NCBI GenBank assembly: GCA_900541055.1
Contig: UQHZ01000005.1
Span: 50,504-114,503 of the forward strand
Length of the DNA stretch: 64,000 nt
Source of the DNA: an uncultured Collinsella sp.
Lineage (GTDB): Bacteria > Actinomycetota > Coriobacteriia > Coriobacteriales > Coriobacteriaceae
Reading direction: 5' to 3'
A program made the translations under genes and the position numbers. Below are positions 55,226 through 63,840 of this stretch, in pieces (the first letter of the stretch is position 1; each line of letters begins with the position of its first letter). The notes under the pieces are model-generated. The model made no database searches. It was not told where the DNA came from and saw only the letters and a list, made by a program, of their open reading frames with translations.

Positions 55226-55792
55226 GATGCTCATGTACGGTAAGGAAGCAAGCAACCGAAAACAATAGATAGACCGCCAGCACTACACTATTCCGAACCA
55301 AAGACCAAAAGATAAGCATTTTGAGAAAATCTAAACTTTTGGATTTTCCTACAATGCCGACTACGGCGGAATCCCTCCCACTCCTTATATATTTCTTTCT
55401 GTATACATTGAATTTGTATTTAGTAAAATGCAGACAACACCACGGATCGGCTTTTGGCTGGACAATTCCAACCAAACACCGCAGCAGACAGTAGAAACCA
55501 TTCTGAACGTTAGGAAGCCGGTATGATTGTTACATATAAGGGGAAGAAAAATTTCTTTTAGATACTTGTTTTCCTAAAACTGATGTGATATAATAATTCA
55601 AGTCCAGAAAAGGAGTAAAAAATATGCGGCAAGGTATTCTTAAATAAAACTATAATCAAATAGTGGGAACAAAGGATTATGATAGCTCCTTTTGTAGGGG
55701 CTTAGTTTTTTGTACCCAATTTAAGAATACTTTTGCCTTATCAATTTTGACATATCCCCAAAAACAGCACTCACAAACAGGTGTAGCTGTAT

Positions 55793-55828
55793 ATGTGTAT
55801 GTCCGCAAATTATCATCCCCAGTGGTAA
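55793..55828 (+). CDS. putative tet(W) leader peptide (MCMSANYHPQW)
   Basis: An 11-codon ORF whose 3' end overlaps the 5' arm of the attenuator hairpin. This matches the leader-peptide attenuation known for tet(M)/tet(O)-class genes. Confidence 0.4.
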   Translation: MCMSANYHPQW

Positions 55829-55855
55829 AAGTATTTTACTGCTGGGGATTTTTAT
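55817..55855 (+). terminator. transcriptional attenuator upstream of tet(W)
   Basis: CCCCAGTGGTAAAAG..TTTTACTGCTGGGG hairpin followed by ATTTTTAT, 33 nt before the tet(W) ATG. Confidence 0.65.
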
Positions 55856-55887
55856 GCCCTTCGGGGCAGTAAAGGGAGGACAATCAC

Positions 55888-57807
55888 ATGAAAATAATCA
55901 ATATTGGAATTCTTGCCCATGTAGACGCTGGAAAGACGACCTTGACGGAGAGCCTGCTATATGCCAGCGGAGCCATTTCAGAACCGGGGAGCGTCGAAAA
56001 AGGGACAACGAGGACGGACACCATGTTTTTGGAGCGGCAGCGTGGGATTACCATTCAAGCGGCAGTCACTTCCTTCCAGTGGCACAGATGTAAAGTCAAC
56101 ATTGTGGATACGCCCGGCCACATGGATTTTTTGGCGGAGGTGTACCGCTCTTTGGCTGTTTTAGATGGGGCCATCTTGGTGATCTCCGCTAAAGATGGCG
56201 TGCAGGCCCAGACCCGTATTCTGTTCCATGCCCTGCGGAAAATGAACATTCCCACCGTTATCTTTATCAACAAGATCGACCAGGCTGGCGTTGATTTGCA
56301 GAGCGTGGTTCAGTCTGTTCGGGATAAGCTCTCCGCCGATATTATCATCAAGCAGACGGTGTCGCTGTCCCCGGAAATAGTCCTGGAGGAAAATACCGAC
56401 ATAGAAGCATGGGATGCGGTCATCGAAAATAACGATGAATTATTGGAAAAGTATATCGCAGGAGAACCAATCAGCCGGGAAAAACTTGCGCGGGAGGAAC
56501 AGCAGCGGGTTCAAGACGCCTCCCTGTTCCCAGTCTATCATGGCAGCGCCAAAAATGGCCTTGGCATTCAACCGTTGATGGATGCGGTGACAGGGCTGTT
56601 CCAACCGATTGGGGAACAGGGGAGCGCCGCCCTATGCGGCAGCGTTTTCAAGGTGGAGTATACAGATTGCGGCCAGCGGCGTGTCTATCTACGGCTATAC
56701 AGCGGAACGCTGCGCCTGCGGGATACGGTGGCCCTGGCCGGGAGAGAAAAGCTGAAAATCACAGAGATGCGTATTCCATCCAAAGGGGAAATTGTTCGGA
56801 CAGACACCGCTTATCCGGGTGAAATTGTTATCCTTCCCAGCGACAGCGTGAGGTTAAACGATGTATTAGGGGACCCAACCCGGCTCCCTCGTAAAAGGTG
56901 GCGTGAGGACCCCCTCCCCATGCTGCGGACGTCGATTGCGCCGAAAACGGCAGCGCAAAGAGAACGGCTGCTGGACGCTCTTACGCAACTTGCGGATACT
57001 GACCCGCTTTTGCGCTGCGAGGTGGATTCCATCACCCATGAGATCATTCTTTCTTTTTTGGGCCGGGTGCAGTTGGAGGTTGTTTCCGCTTTGCTGTCGG
57101 AAAAATACAAGCTTGAAACAGTGGTAAAGGAACCCTCCGTCATTTATATGGAGCGGCCGCTCAAAGCAGCCAGCCACACCATCCATATCGAGGTGCCGCC
57201 CAACCCGTTTTGGGCATCCATAGGACTGTCTGTTACACCACTCTCGCTTGGCTCCGGTGTACAATACGAGAGCCGGGTTTCGCTGGGATACTTGAACCAG
57301 AGTTTTCAAAACGCTGTCAGGGATGGTATCCGTTACGGGCTGGAGCAGGGCTTGTTCGGCTGGAACGTAACGGACTGTAAGATTTGCTTTGAATACGGGC
57401 TTTATTACAGTCCGGTCAGCACGCCGGCGGACTTCCGCTCATTGGCCCCGATTGTATTGGAACAGGCATTGAAGGAATCGGGGACGCAGCTGCTGGAACC
57501 TTATCTCTCCTTCATCCTCTATGCGCCCCAGGAATACCTTTCCAGGGCTTATCATGATGCACCGAAATACTGTGCCACCATCGAAACGGCCCAGGTAAAA
57601 AAGGATGAAGTTGTCTTTACTGGCGAGATTCCCGCCCGCTGTATACAGGCATACCGTACTGATCTGGCCTTTTACACCAACGGGCGGAGCGTATGCCTTA
57701 CAGAGCTGAAAGGATATCAGGCCGCTGTCGGTCAGCCGGTCATCCAGCCCCGCCGTCCAAACAGCCGCCTGGACAAGGTGCGCCATATGTTTCAGAAGGT
57801 AATGTAA
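55888..57807 (+). CDS. tet(W): tetracycline resistance ribosomal protection protein Tet(W)
   Basis: 639 aa, starting [81 protein letters not shown]. The length and many diagnostic residues match Tet(W) rather than Tet(O) or Tet(M) as I remember them. Confidence 0.95.
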   Translation: MKIINIGILAHVDAGKTTLTESLLYASGAISEPGSVEKGTTRTDTMFLERQRGITIQAAVTSFQWHRCKVNIVDTPGHMDFLAEVYRSLAVLDGAILVISAKDGVQAQTRILFHALRKMNIPTVIFINKIDQAGVDLQSVVQSVRDKLSADIIIKQTVSLSPEIVLEENTDIEAWDAVIENNDELLEKYIAGEPISREKLAREEQQRVQDASLFPVYHGSAKNGLGIQPLMDAVTGLFQPIGEQGSAALCGSVFKVEYTDCGQRRVYLRLYSGTLRLRDTVALAGREKLKITEMRIPSKGEIVRTDTAYPGEIVILPSDSVRLNDVLGDPTRLPRKRWREDPLPMLRTSIAPKTAAQRERLLDALTQLADTDPLLRCEVDSITHEIILSFLGRVQLEVVSALLSEKYKLETVVKEPSVIYMERPLKAASHTIHIEVPPNPFWASIGLSVTPLSLGSGVQYESRVSLGYLNQSFQNAVRDGIRYGLEQGLFGWNVTDCKICFEYGLYYSPVSTPADFRSLAPIVLEQALKESGTQLLEPYLSFILYAPQEYLSRAYHDAPKYCATIETAQVKKDEVVFTGEIPARCIQAYRTDLAFYTNGRSVCLTELKGYQAAVGQPVIQPRRPNSRLDKVRHMFQKVM

Positions 57808-57857
57808 AGATACATAATCGTCAAGACGGCAACAATCAGAAGTTATGGAGGGTAACA

Positions 57858-58037
57858 ATGGAATATAGTAAGGAAGATTTAATGGAAGCAAAAAAGCAAA
57901 TTTGGGGAGTGGGAGAGAACATGGGAACAGAGGAAAGTAAAAAAATCTGGGAGGAGAACGCACAATTTTGGGATAATGCAATGGGTGACGAATCTAATGA
58001 ATTTCACAGAGAGGTAGTGCGTCCCAAAGTAACAGAA
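57858..58037 (+). pseudogene. N-terminal fragment of a SAM-dependent methyltransferase-like ORF that commonly trails tet(W)
   Basis: ...MGTEESKKIWEENAQFWDNAMGDESNEFHREVVRPKVTE is followed by an abrupt switch to high-GC antisense DUF4391 sequence. It is a fragment only. Confidence 0.4.
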
Positions 58038-58810
58038 CGGCCATTGCAGATCTCCTTTATCTCATCGGCGACCGCCCTCAGGCGTCGCTCCTCTTCCTTC
58101 ATTTCCATCCTCAGCTTCGCGGACTCGTTGAGCGTTATGTCCTTCGACCGCCGCTGCTCCTTCAGCCGCTTGACGGAGGCTCCCATCTCATCGTAGCGCG
58201 ACGTGAGGGCGATCAGCTTTTCCCGGTCTCGAGCGGGGCATACGGGGTAGAACCCCAGGCCGCCAATCGCGCGGGACAGCGCTACGGTGCGCGACAGGTC
58301 GACCAGGTACTCCCAGAGGTCGCCCTGCGAGAGCCGCCCGAATGCCAGCGCGCCTAGGAAGTCCGCGTATTCTGAACGGCCAGGATCGAACGCGCCCGTC
58401 GACTCGATTCGGTCGACGACCGTCGCGCCCTGCTCGGCCTGGCTCCTCCGCGTGAGGGCGACCGATATGCACGCGCAGCCGCCCGCCTCGACCAGGAGCA
58501 CCGTCGGGTTCGGGAAGCACTTGTGCACGAGCTCCGCCACCTCGGCCACCGCCATGGTCCCGGCTGTCATCTCGCAACGGAGGAAGACGACGCTCTGCAC
58601 GTTGCGCTCGTCGTCCTCGTACGGCGGGATGCGCGTCGTGGACTTCTGGATCGTGGCGAAGTGCTCGAGGCGCGCGACCTTGTCGAGCCTCTTCTGCTCG
58701 GTCTTGGTGAGCATGGCCTGCTTGACGAGCACCGTCTTGGGAATGCGGCGGCATCCCGCGAGCGCCGCTTCGGGCAGGCGCAGGATTCCGTTCCAGTCGA
58801 TGCCGCTCAT
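58004..58810 (-). CDS. DUF4391 domain-containing protein (last ~11 codons supplied by the tet(W) cassette junction)
   Basis: Its start, ATGA, overlaps the SNF2 stop. The size and position between the SNF2 helicase and the methyltransferase match the usual DUF4391 context. The family was assigned from context and memory, not from an HMM. Confidence 0.6.
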   Translation of the reverse strand: MSGIDWNGILRLPEAALAGCRRIPKTVLVKQAMLTKTEQKRLDKVARLEHFATIQKSTTRIPPYEDDERNVQSVVFLRCEMTAGTMAVAEVAELVHKCFPNPTVLLVEAGGCACISVALTRRSQAEQGATVVDRIESTGAFDPGRSEYADFLGALAFGRLSQGDLWEYLVDLSRTVALSRAIGGLGFYPVCPARDREKLIALTSRYDEMGASVKRLKEQRRSKDITLNESAKLRMEMKEEERRLRAVADEIKEICNGRSVTLGRTTSL

Positions 58811-61800
58811 CGCAGCACCGCGAAACATACCAACGAGTAGTCGTTGAAGCCCATGACGGTGCCGCTGCCGACCTCTCCCAGGCTGAACAGGCTCTCGATG
58901 CCTTTGTCCTGCTGCGTTCCGGTGATGGCCGCAACGACATCGTCAAGCAGGTCGGTGTAGGCGTCCATCCTCGTCCCGTCGCGGGTCTCGCGGTTGAACT
59001 CGCGGCACAGCTTAGCGATGGGCTCGGGATGCCCAGAGCAGACGGCGCGCATGATGTCGAGCGCCGGCTTGGGCTGGGTGTGCTTCGTCATGACCTCGCC
59101 GTCGGCCGACACGTACACCACGTAGTACGGGAAGACAGGGTTCGTGTCCCTGGGATCGTTGCCCTCGTCGTTCTGCTTGAGGCAGAAGACCACGCCTGGC
59201 TTCACGTCGCTGCGAAGCTCGTCGGGGATGGGGGCCACGGCGTGCAGTCCCGCCGGCGAGTTCTCCAACGCGCCGGGATGCTCCTTGGCGTAGCGCTGGA
59301 GCTCCACGCGGAAGTCGTCGAAGGCGAAATCCGTGATCGAGATGCCGCCCGAGATGTCCTCGAGGTCGAGCACCTCGCTCTTGAGCTGCTGGAGCTGCCG
59401 GCGACGGTACTTGAGGTCGTTCATCTCTCCATTGCCCTTGGCCTCCAGCACGTTCTCCTCGCCGGTTGCCGACGCGTCGAGCAGCGCCATGCGCCCCTTC
59501 ACGCGGCCCTCGAGCTGGATGTACTCGTCGAGCGCGATGTCCGGCCAGAAGTTGACCAGCTGGATCTGGGAGTTCTTCGATCCCAGGCGGTCGATGCGGC
59601 CGAAGCGCTGGATGATGCGCACGGGGTTCCAGTGGATGTCGTAGTTCACCAGGCAGTCGCAGTCCTGCAGGTTCTGGCCCTCGGAGATGCAGTCCGTCGC
59701 GAAGACGACGTCGATCTCGCCGAGCTCCCGCTGGCTCTCCGGCAGCTCCTTTGAGACGGGAGAGAACCTCGCGAGGATGTTCTCGAAGGTGGTCCTGGGA
59801 AGCTTCAGCGAGTAGGTCCGGTTGGAGCTGCCCGCCACCTCGGCGCACTCGATTCCGAGCTCGCGCTTCAGCCAGGGCGCCAGCTGCTCGAAAAGGTACG
59901 CCGTCGTGTCGGCGAACGCGCTGAACACCAGCACCTTGCGGTTGCCGGGGTTGTACGGCTCGCTGACCTTGCCCGCGATGAAGTCGCGCAGCTTCACGAG
60001 CTTGGCATCGCGCTCGGGCGTCACCGCGTCGGCATAGGTTAGCAGGGCCCGGAGCACCTGGATGTCGAAGTCGAGGTCCTGGCCCAGGCGCAGGGCGTCG
60101 ACGTCTCGCAGGTCGACTCGCACCTTGCCGCCGGCCTCGAACTCCTCGGCATCGTCGTCGTCGAACCCGTCCTCGAGGCCCTCGGTGCCGTAGGCGACCC
60201 CCGACGCGTCGGCGTCGAGCCTCGCGCGCAGGTCGACGCAGCCGTCGAGGATTCGTCGCAGCGTGATGCGGAAGCTGTTCACGGAGGACTCCATGCGCTT
60301 GAGGACGTTGACGCGCATGAGGTTGGCCACCGCCGTCGTGCGGTGGACCTGGCTCTCGAAGTCCTTGCCCCACGTGTCCCCGTAGCGGTCCTCGTACTTG
60401 CGGCGCTGGTCGGCGCGCACGTAGGAGAGCACCTGGTACTGGGCGAACGTGAGCTGGGCGATCATGTCGTTGAGCACGGCAATCGGCGGCAGCTCGCCTT
60501 CTAGGTCGATGGGCGTCTGAAACGACAGGGGCGGCCGGCGCGCCGGGAAGGTACCGCTCGCGGCGCCGTAGTACTTCGTGATGTGCTTGCGGCTGCGCGC
60601 GATGGTCAGCACGTCGAGCAGCTTGAAGTAGTCGGCGTTCACCGCGTTCACGAAGCTCTCGGTCGTGCGCTCGGAGTCGGAGAGCTTGCTCCACTCGTTG
60701 AACCTCTGCTGGGCGACGCGCGTCACGTGGGTGATCGACGGGATGCCGTCGGTATCGGCGAGGTACGCGTCGTCTCCCTCGGTGATGAGCTCGATCTGGT
60801 TTCGCAGGTCGAGCAGGCGGTTGTTCACCGGGGTGGCAGAGAGCATGAGCACCTTCGTGCGCTGGCCCGACTTGATGACGTCCTCGATGAGGCGCGTGTA
60901 GCGGTCGGTCTTGTCCGCGTCGGTGCTCTTGTTCCTGAAGTTGTGGCTCTCGTCGATGACGAGGAGGTCGAAGTGGCCCCAGCGCAGGTGCTCGAGGTCC
61001 ACCTCGCCGCTCATGCCGTGGTAGCGCGACAGGTCGGTGTGGTTGAGCACCGTGTAGCTGAAGCGGTCGTCGGCCAGCGGGTTGCGGTCGTCGTTGTCCT
61101 GCGTCCACAGGGTCCAGTTGTCCCGCAGGCGCTTCGGGCACAGCACGAGGATGCGGTCGTTGCGCTCCTGGTAGTACTTCATGACGGCGAGCGCCTCGTA
61201 GGTCTTGCCCAGGCCCACCGAGTCGGCGATGATGCAGCCCTTGTACTTCTCCAGCTTGCGGATGGCGCCCACGACGGCGTCCTTCTGGAAGTCGTAGAGC
61301 TTGCTCCAGACCACGGACTCCTCGAACTTGAGGCCGGGGCGGATGCCGTTGTCCTCGTCGTCCTCCATGAAGTCGCGGAACAGGTGGTACAGGGTCAGGA
61401 AGTAGATGAACTCGGGCGGGTTCTCGCGGTAGAGCGTCTCGACCTGGGCGGCCACCTGCGCGGTGACCTCCTCGACCATGGCGGGGTTGTCCCAGACCGA
61501 CTCGAACATCATCTTGAGGCCGACGGCCTCGGTCGCGTTCTCGAAATGGCTCACGCAGGTCACGGTTCCCGGACGGCGCTCGTAGCCGAGGCCCTCCTGC
61601 GTGAAGTTCGCGGCGGCGCCCATGAAGGCGTGGTCGTCGCCGGATGGGTTCTCCACCACGTAGGTGCCGCCCGGCTGGATGGCGCCGGACGTCTTGGCGG
61701 ACTTGAAGACGCCCTTCTCGCGGATCCACTCGGCGCATTCGCGGGCGAGCGCGCGTTGGTTTAGGTTGTTGCGCAGCGTGAGCTCGAGCCCCGAGCCGCC

Positions 61801-62052
61801 GACGCCGACCTCGCGCGCGCGGCGGGCTACCTCGAACTCGCGCGGCTCCTTCGAGTCGGCCATGCGCTTGATGAAGGTGGGCTCGCTGAACAGGAAGCGC
61901 ACCTCGTCGACCTTGGAGAGCTCCTCTTTGAGCTCCCCGTAGGCGAACACGGTGAAATACGAGCTGATTATCGACAGCTTCGCGCCGTCGTCGATGGATT
62001 CGCCGAGGGCGTCTCCCAGGCGCTCCGCGCCGACGTTGCTTAGCGACTTCAC
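58807..62052 (-). CDS. SNF2-family helicase with an additional N-terminal domain of about 250 aa
   Basis: Motifs: ADSVGLGKTYEALA (I), VIDESHNFRN (II), LSATPVNN (III) and QRFGRIDRLGS (VI). The identity of the N-terminal domain (LSIISSYFTVFAYGELKEEL, possibly PLD-like) is uncertain. GTG start. Confidence 0.85.
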   Translation of the reverse strand: MKSLSNVGAERLGDALGESIDDGAKLSIISSYFTVFAYGELKEELSKVDEVRFLFSEPTFIKRMADSKEPREFEVARRAREVGVGGSGLELTLRNNLNQRALARECAEWIREKGVFKSAKTSGAIQPGGTYVVENPSGDDHAFMGAAANFTQEGLGYERRPGTVTCVSHFENATEAVGLKMMFESVWDNPAMVEEVTAQVAAQVETLYRENPPEFIYFLTLYHLFRDFMEDDEDNGIRPGLKFEESVVWSKLYDFQKDAVVGAIRKLEKYKGCIIADSVGLGKTYEALAVMKYYQERNDRILVLCPKRLRDNWTLWTQDNDDRNPLADDRFSYTVLNHTDLSRYHGMSGEVDLEHLRWGHFDLLVIDESHNFRNKSTDADKTDRYTRLIEDVIKSGQRTKVLMLSATPVNNRLLDLRNQIELITEGDDAYLADTDGIPSITHVTRVAQQRFNEWSKLSDSERTTESFVNAVNADYFKLLDVLTIARSRKHITKYYGAASGTFPARRPPLSFQTPIDLEGELPPIAVLNDMIAQLTFAQYQVLSYVRADQRRKYEDRYGDTWGKDFESQVHRTTAVANLMRVNVLKRMESSVNSFRITLRRILDGCVDLRARLDADASGVAYGTEGLEDGFDDDDAEEFEAGGKVRVDLRDVDALRLGQDLDFDIQVLRALLTYADAVTPERDAKLVKLRDFIAGKVSEPYNPGNRKVLVFSAFADTTAYLFEQLAPWLKRELGIECAEVAGSSNRTYSLKLPRTTFENILARFSPVSKELPESQRELGEIDVVFATDCISEGQNLQDCDCLVNYDIHWNPVRIIQRFGRIDRLGSKNSQIQLVNFWPDIALDEYIQLEGRVKGRMALLDASATGEENVLEAKGNGEMNDLKYRRRQLQQLKSEVLDLEDISGGISITDFAFDDFRVELQRYAKEHPGALENSPAGLHAVAPIPDELRSDVKPGVVFCLKQNDEGNDPRDTNPVFPYYVVYVSADGEVMTKHTQPKPALDIMRAVCSGHPEPIAKLCREFNRETRDGTRMDAYTDLLDDVVAAITGTQQDKGIESLFSLGEVGSGTVMGFNDYSLVCFAVLR

Positions 62053-62056
62053 GCCT

Positions 62057-62281
62057 CTATGCCCCCTTCTTCGCGAGCTCTTCGATCATGCAGGTGCGCA
62101 CGAAGGCGGAGAAGCTCATGCCCCGCAGGGCCGCCTCCTCCTTCGCCGCGTCGCGCAGGGTGTCGGGGATGCGCAGGGTCACGGAGACCTGGTCGCCGTC
62201 CACCAGGAAGCTTCTGATCTCGGTCTCGTCGGGATTGCTCTTGATGAGCTCCTTGTAGCTGTCGGGCATCTGCGCTCCCAT
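62057..62281 (-). CDS. ribbon-helix-helix (CopG-like) protein, first gene of the defence operon
   Basis: 74 aa. VSVTLRIPDTLRDAAKEEAALRGMSFSAFVRTCMIEEL has the beta-strand then two-helix RHH pattern. The stop lies 4 nt before the helicase start. Confidence 0.6.
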   Translation of the reverse strand: MGAQMPDSYKELIKSNPDETEIRSFLVDGDQVSVTLRIPDTLRDAAKEEAALRGMSFSAFVRTCMIEELAKKGA

Positions 62282-62437
62282 CGCTCGAAATGCAATACAA
62301 ATGCGTTTGCAGCATTATAACGCGGCGGCACGCGGCGGCACTGGGAATGCGAGGACGGCCGATGCCCAGGCTTTATATGAGCGCGGACGGCGATGGACGC
62401 CCTGATAGGGCTTGGATGGCCGCTTTCGTTCGGGTCC

Positions 62438-62713
62438 TCATCTCTCGTTTTCGCGAGGTTTGGCGTTTGCCCGCTCCTCGGCGTAGAGAACCTCGTTCTG
62501 AGCCTCCAAGATTCGCGCGGCGTCGCCGATGCGCTCGGCGCACCTCTCGCTTATCGACTTCAGGGCCAGGATCCCCTCGACGTCGAGCGGGTCCAGCTGG
62601 TCGGCGTGCGCCAGGGACTCGAGCAGCTGGTCCAGGCCCCTCGCCAGCCTCCCGGCATCCGCCACCGCGTCGAGCAGTTCGAGGCGCTCCACCTTCTCTT
62701 CGTAGCCCAACAT
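62438..62713 (-). CDS. hypothetical small acidic helical protein
   Basis: 91-aa ORF from the ATG at 62713, preceded by GAAGGAGA. No family recognised. Confidence 0.4.
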   Translation of the reverse strand: MLGYEEKVERLELLDAVADAGRLARGLDQLLESLAHADQLDPLDVEGILALKSISERCAERIGDAARILEAQNEVLYAEERANAKPRENER

Positions 62714-63258
62714 CAGCTCGTCTCCTTCTCTCAACGGACGTGTCGCGCAGCACCGTAGCCGTTCCGCGCAACGAAAGCCTCACCGCCAGCGATCTTGTGC
62801 GCACATCGGCCGCAAGCGGCGCGGGAAAGCCGTCCGTCCCGACTCATGCCGCGGCGCCGCGACTCGGGAACCCGCCTCCGTCCCCGCAGCGACGTCGTCG
62901 CCAATCCCCGCGGGAGCCCAGCAACCGCCGACGGGTCGCATCCCATGCCCGGAGGGTCTCGGCGCCCACGCCGGATTCCATGCCGCACGCCTCCGCCCCT
63001 CCGACCCGAAACCCGCCCCGGCGCTCCTTGGACGCGCAGGGTCGCACGCCGGCAGGCGGCCCGCAAGGGCCGCGACACTTTTTCGGGTTCTTCGCCCCAT
63101 GCGCTGCGCGCGCGAACAACGCGAAAAACTGACGTCGGGAGATTTCTACAACCACGTCCGACTTCGCTTCCTCCCTTGCCGGCACGCCCGCGCTGCATGC
63201 GACTCACGCGACGCAAGGCACGCCACAGGGGCGGGCCTCAGAGTCTAAGGAGCAAGAC

Positions 63259-63630
63259 ATGAACGACATGAAGGAAAAGGCGATGGGCGCGGTCAAGGCC
63301 TTCCTCGAGCGCAAGGGCTACGAAATCGTCGACGAGGCCTGGCAGGGGCCCGAGGGCATCGGCGGGATCGACCTCGTGGCGGTGGACGAGGACGGGACCC
63401 TGGTCTTCGTCGACGCCACGGTCCGGATCGGGACGGACGGCTTCCCCGAGGCCCACAGGGCGCGCGGGCTGCGCGAGGCGCTGGCGGCGACGTGGCTCGC
63501 CGGCAACGGCGACGACTACGCCGACACGCCGGTCCGCTTCGACGAGGTGGCGATGATGGTCGTCAAGGAGAACCGAGCGCTCCTGCGCCACCACATCAAC
63601 TGCTTCGGCGAGATGGAGCCGCTCTCCTAG
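63259..63630 (+). CDS. YraN/UPF0102-like (PD-(D/E)xK fold) protein
   Basis: AFLERKGYEIVDEAW...GGIDLVAVDEDGTLVFVDATVR follows the YraN pattern (GEIDLIA...VFVEVKxR), but DAT replaces the usual E-V-K. RBS TAAGGAG. Confidence 0.6.
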   Translation: MNDMKEKAMGAVKAFLERKGYEIVDEAWQGPEGIGGIDLVAVDEDGTLVFVDATVRIGTDGFPEAHRARGLREALAATWLAGNGDDYADTPVRFDEVAMMVVKENRALLRHHINCFGEMEPLS

Positions 63631-63683
63631 GCGGCGCGCCCGGCCCCGGGCTCCCGGGGCCGGGTCTCCCCGAATCCGGCCCC

Positions 63684-63765
63684 TGTACCACGAAAGCGTA
63701 CATATCCGTACGTTTTCGTGGTACACTCCGCTTGTCGGACAAATCCGTACGGTTTTGTCCCGACG
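63684..63765. promoter_or_regulatory. two adjacent hairpins/palindromes carrying ATCCGTACG, upstream of parA
   Basis: GTACCACGAAA..TTTCGTGGTAC (63684-63726) and GTCGGACAAA..TTTGTCCCGAC (63733-63765). Each encloses ATCCGTACG, a 9-mer also present at 46878-46886. Confidence 0.5.
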
Positions 63766-63840
63766 CTCCGAGACTCGGGGCGCGCCGGACCGGATGCGGC
63801 GAGGCGCGCCCCACGCTACACGCTAGAGAGGACGCGACCC

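Larger units (their letters stand above)
55226..58038. mobile_element. tet(W) resistance cassette (low-GC insert without its own recombinase)
   Basis: There is an abrupt compositional change at both borders. The insert contains the tet(W) leader and attenuator, tet(W), and a truncated downstream methyltransferase-like ORF. The borders are approximate (left 55,200-55,240; right 58,037-58,041). Confidence 0.7.

Noticed and set aside
54558-55475. 305-aa ORF in the track that could be read as an intact methyltransferase.
   Set aside because: Only its C-terminal about 220 aa look like a methyltransferase, and the catalytic (D/N)PPY region is absent. The N-terminal about 85 aa are translated from low-GC tet(W)-flanking DNA. 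It is therefore treated as a chimeric remnant.
57693-58196. 167-aa plus-strand ORF spanning the end of tet(W) into the DUF4391 gene.
   Set aside because: It overlaps the tet(W) 3' end in another frame, then reads through the cassette junction into antisense DUF4391 sequence. Only the 57858-58037 part resembles a real but truncated gene.
62290-63132. 280-aa plus-strand ORF and overlapping minus-strand ORFs (62731-63216, 62844-63185).
   Set aside because: The translations are Arg/Pro/Ala-rich and low-complexity, with no RBS and mutually overlapping frames. They are GC artefacts in an apparently non-coding tract.
63639-63664. GC-rich hairpin CCCGGCCCCGGG..CCGGGGCCGGG after the yraN-like gene, as a possible terminator.
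   Set aside because: No U-tract follows it, so it cannot be called an intrinsic terminator on sequence alone.
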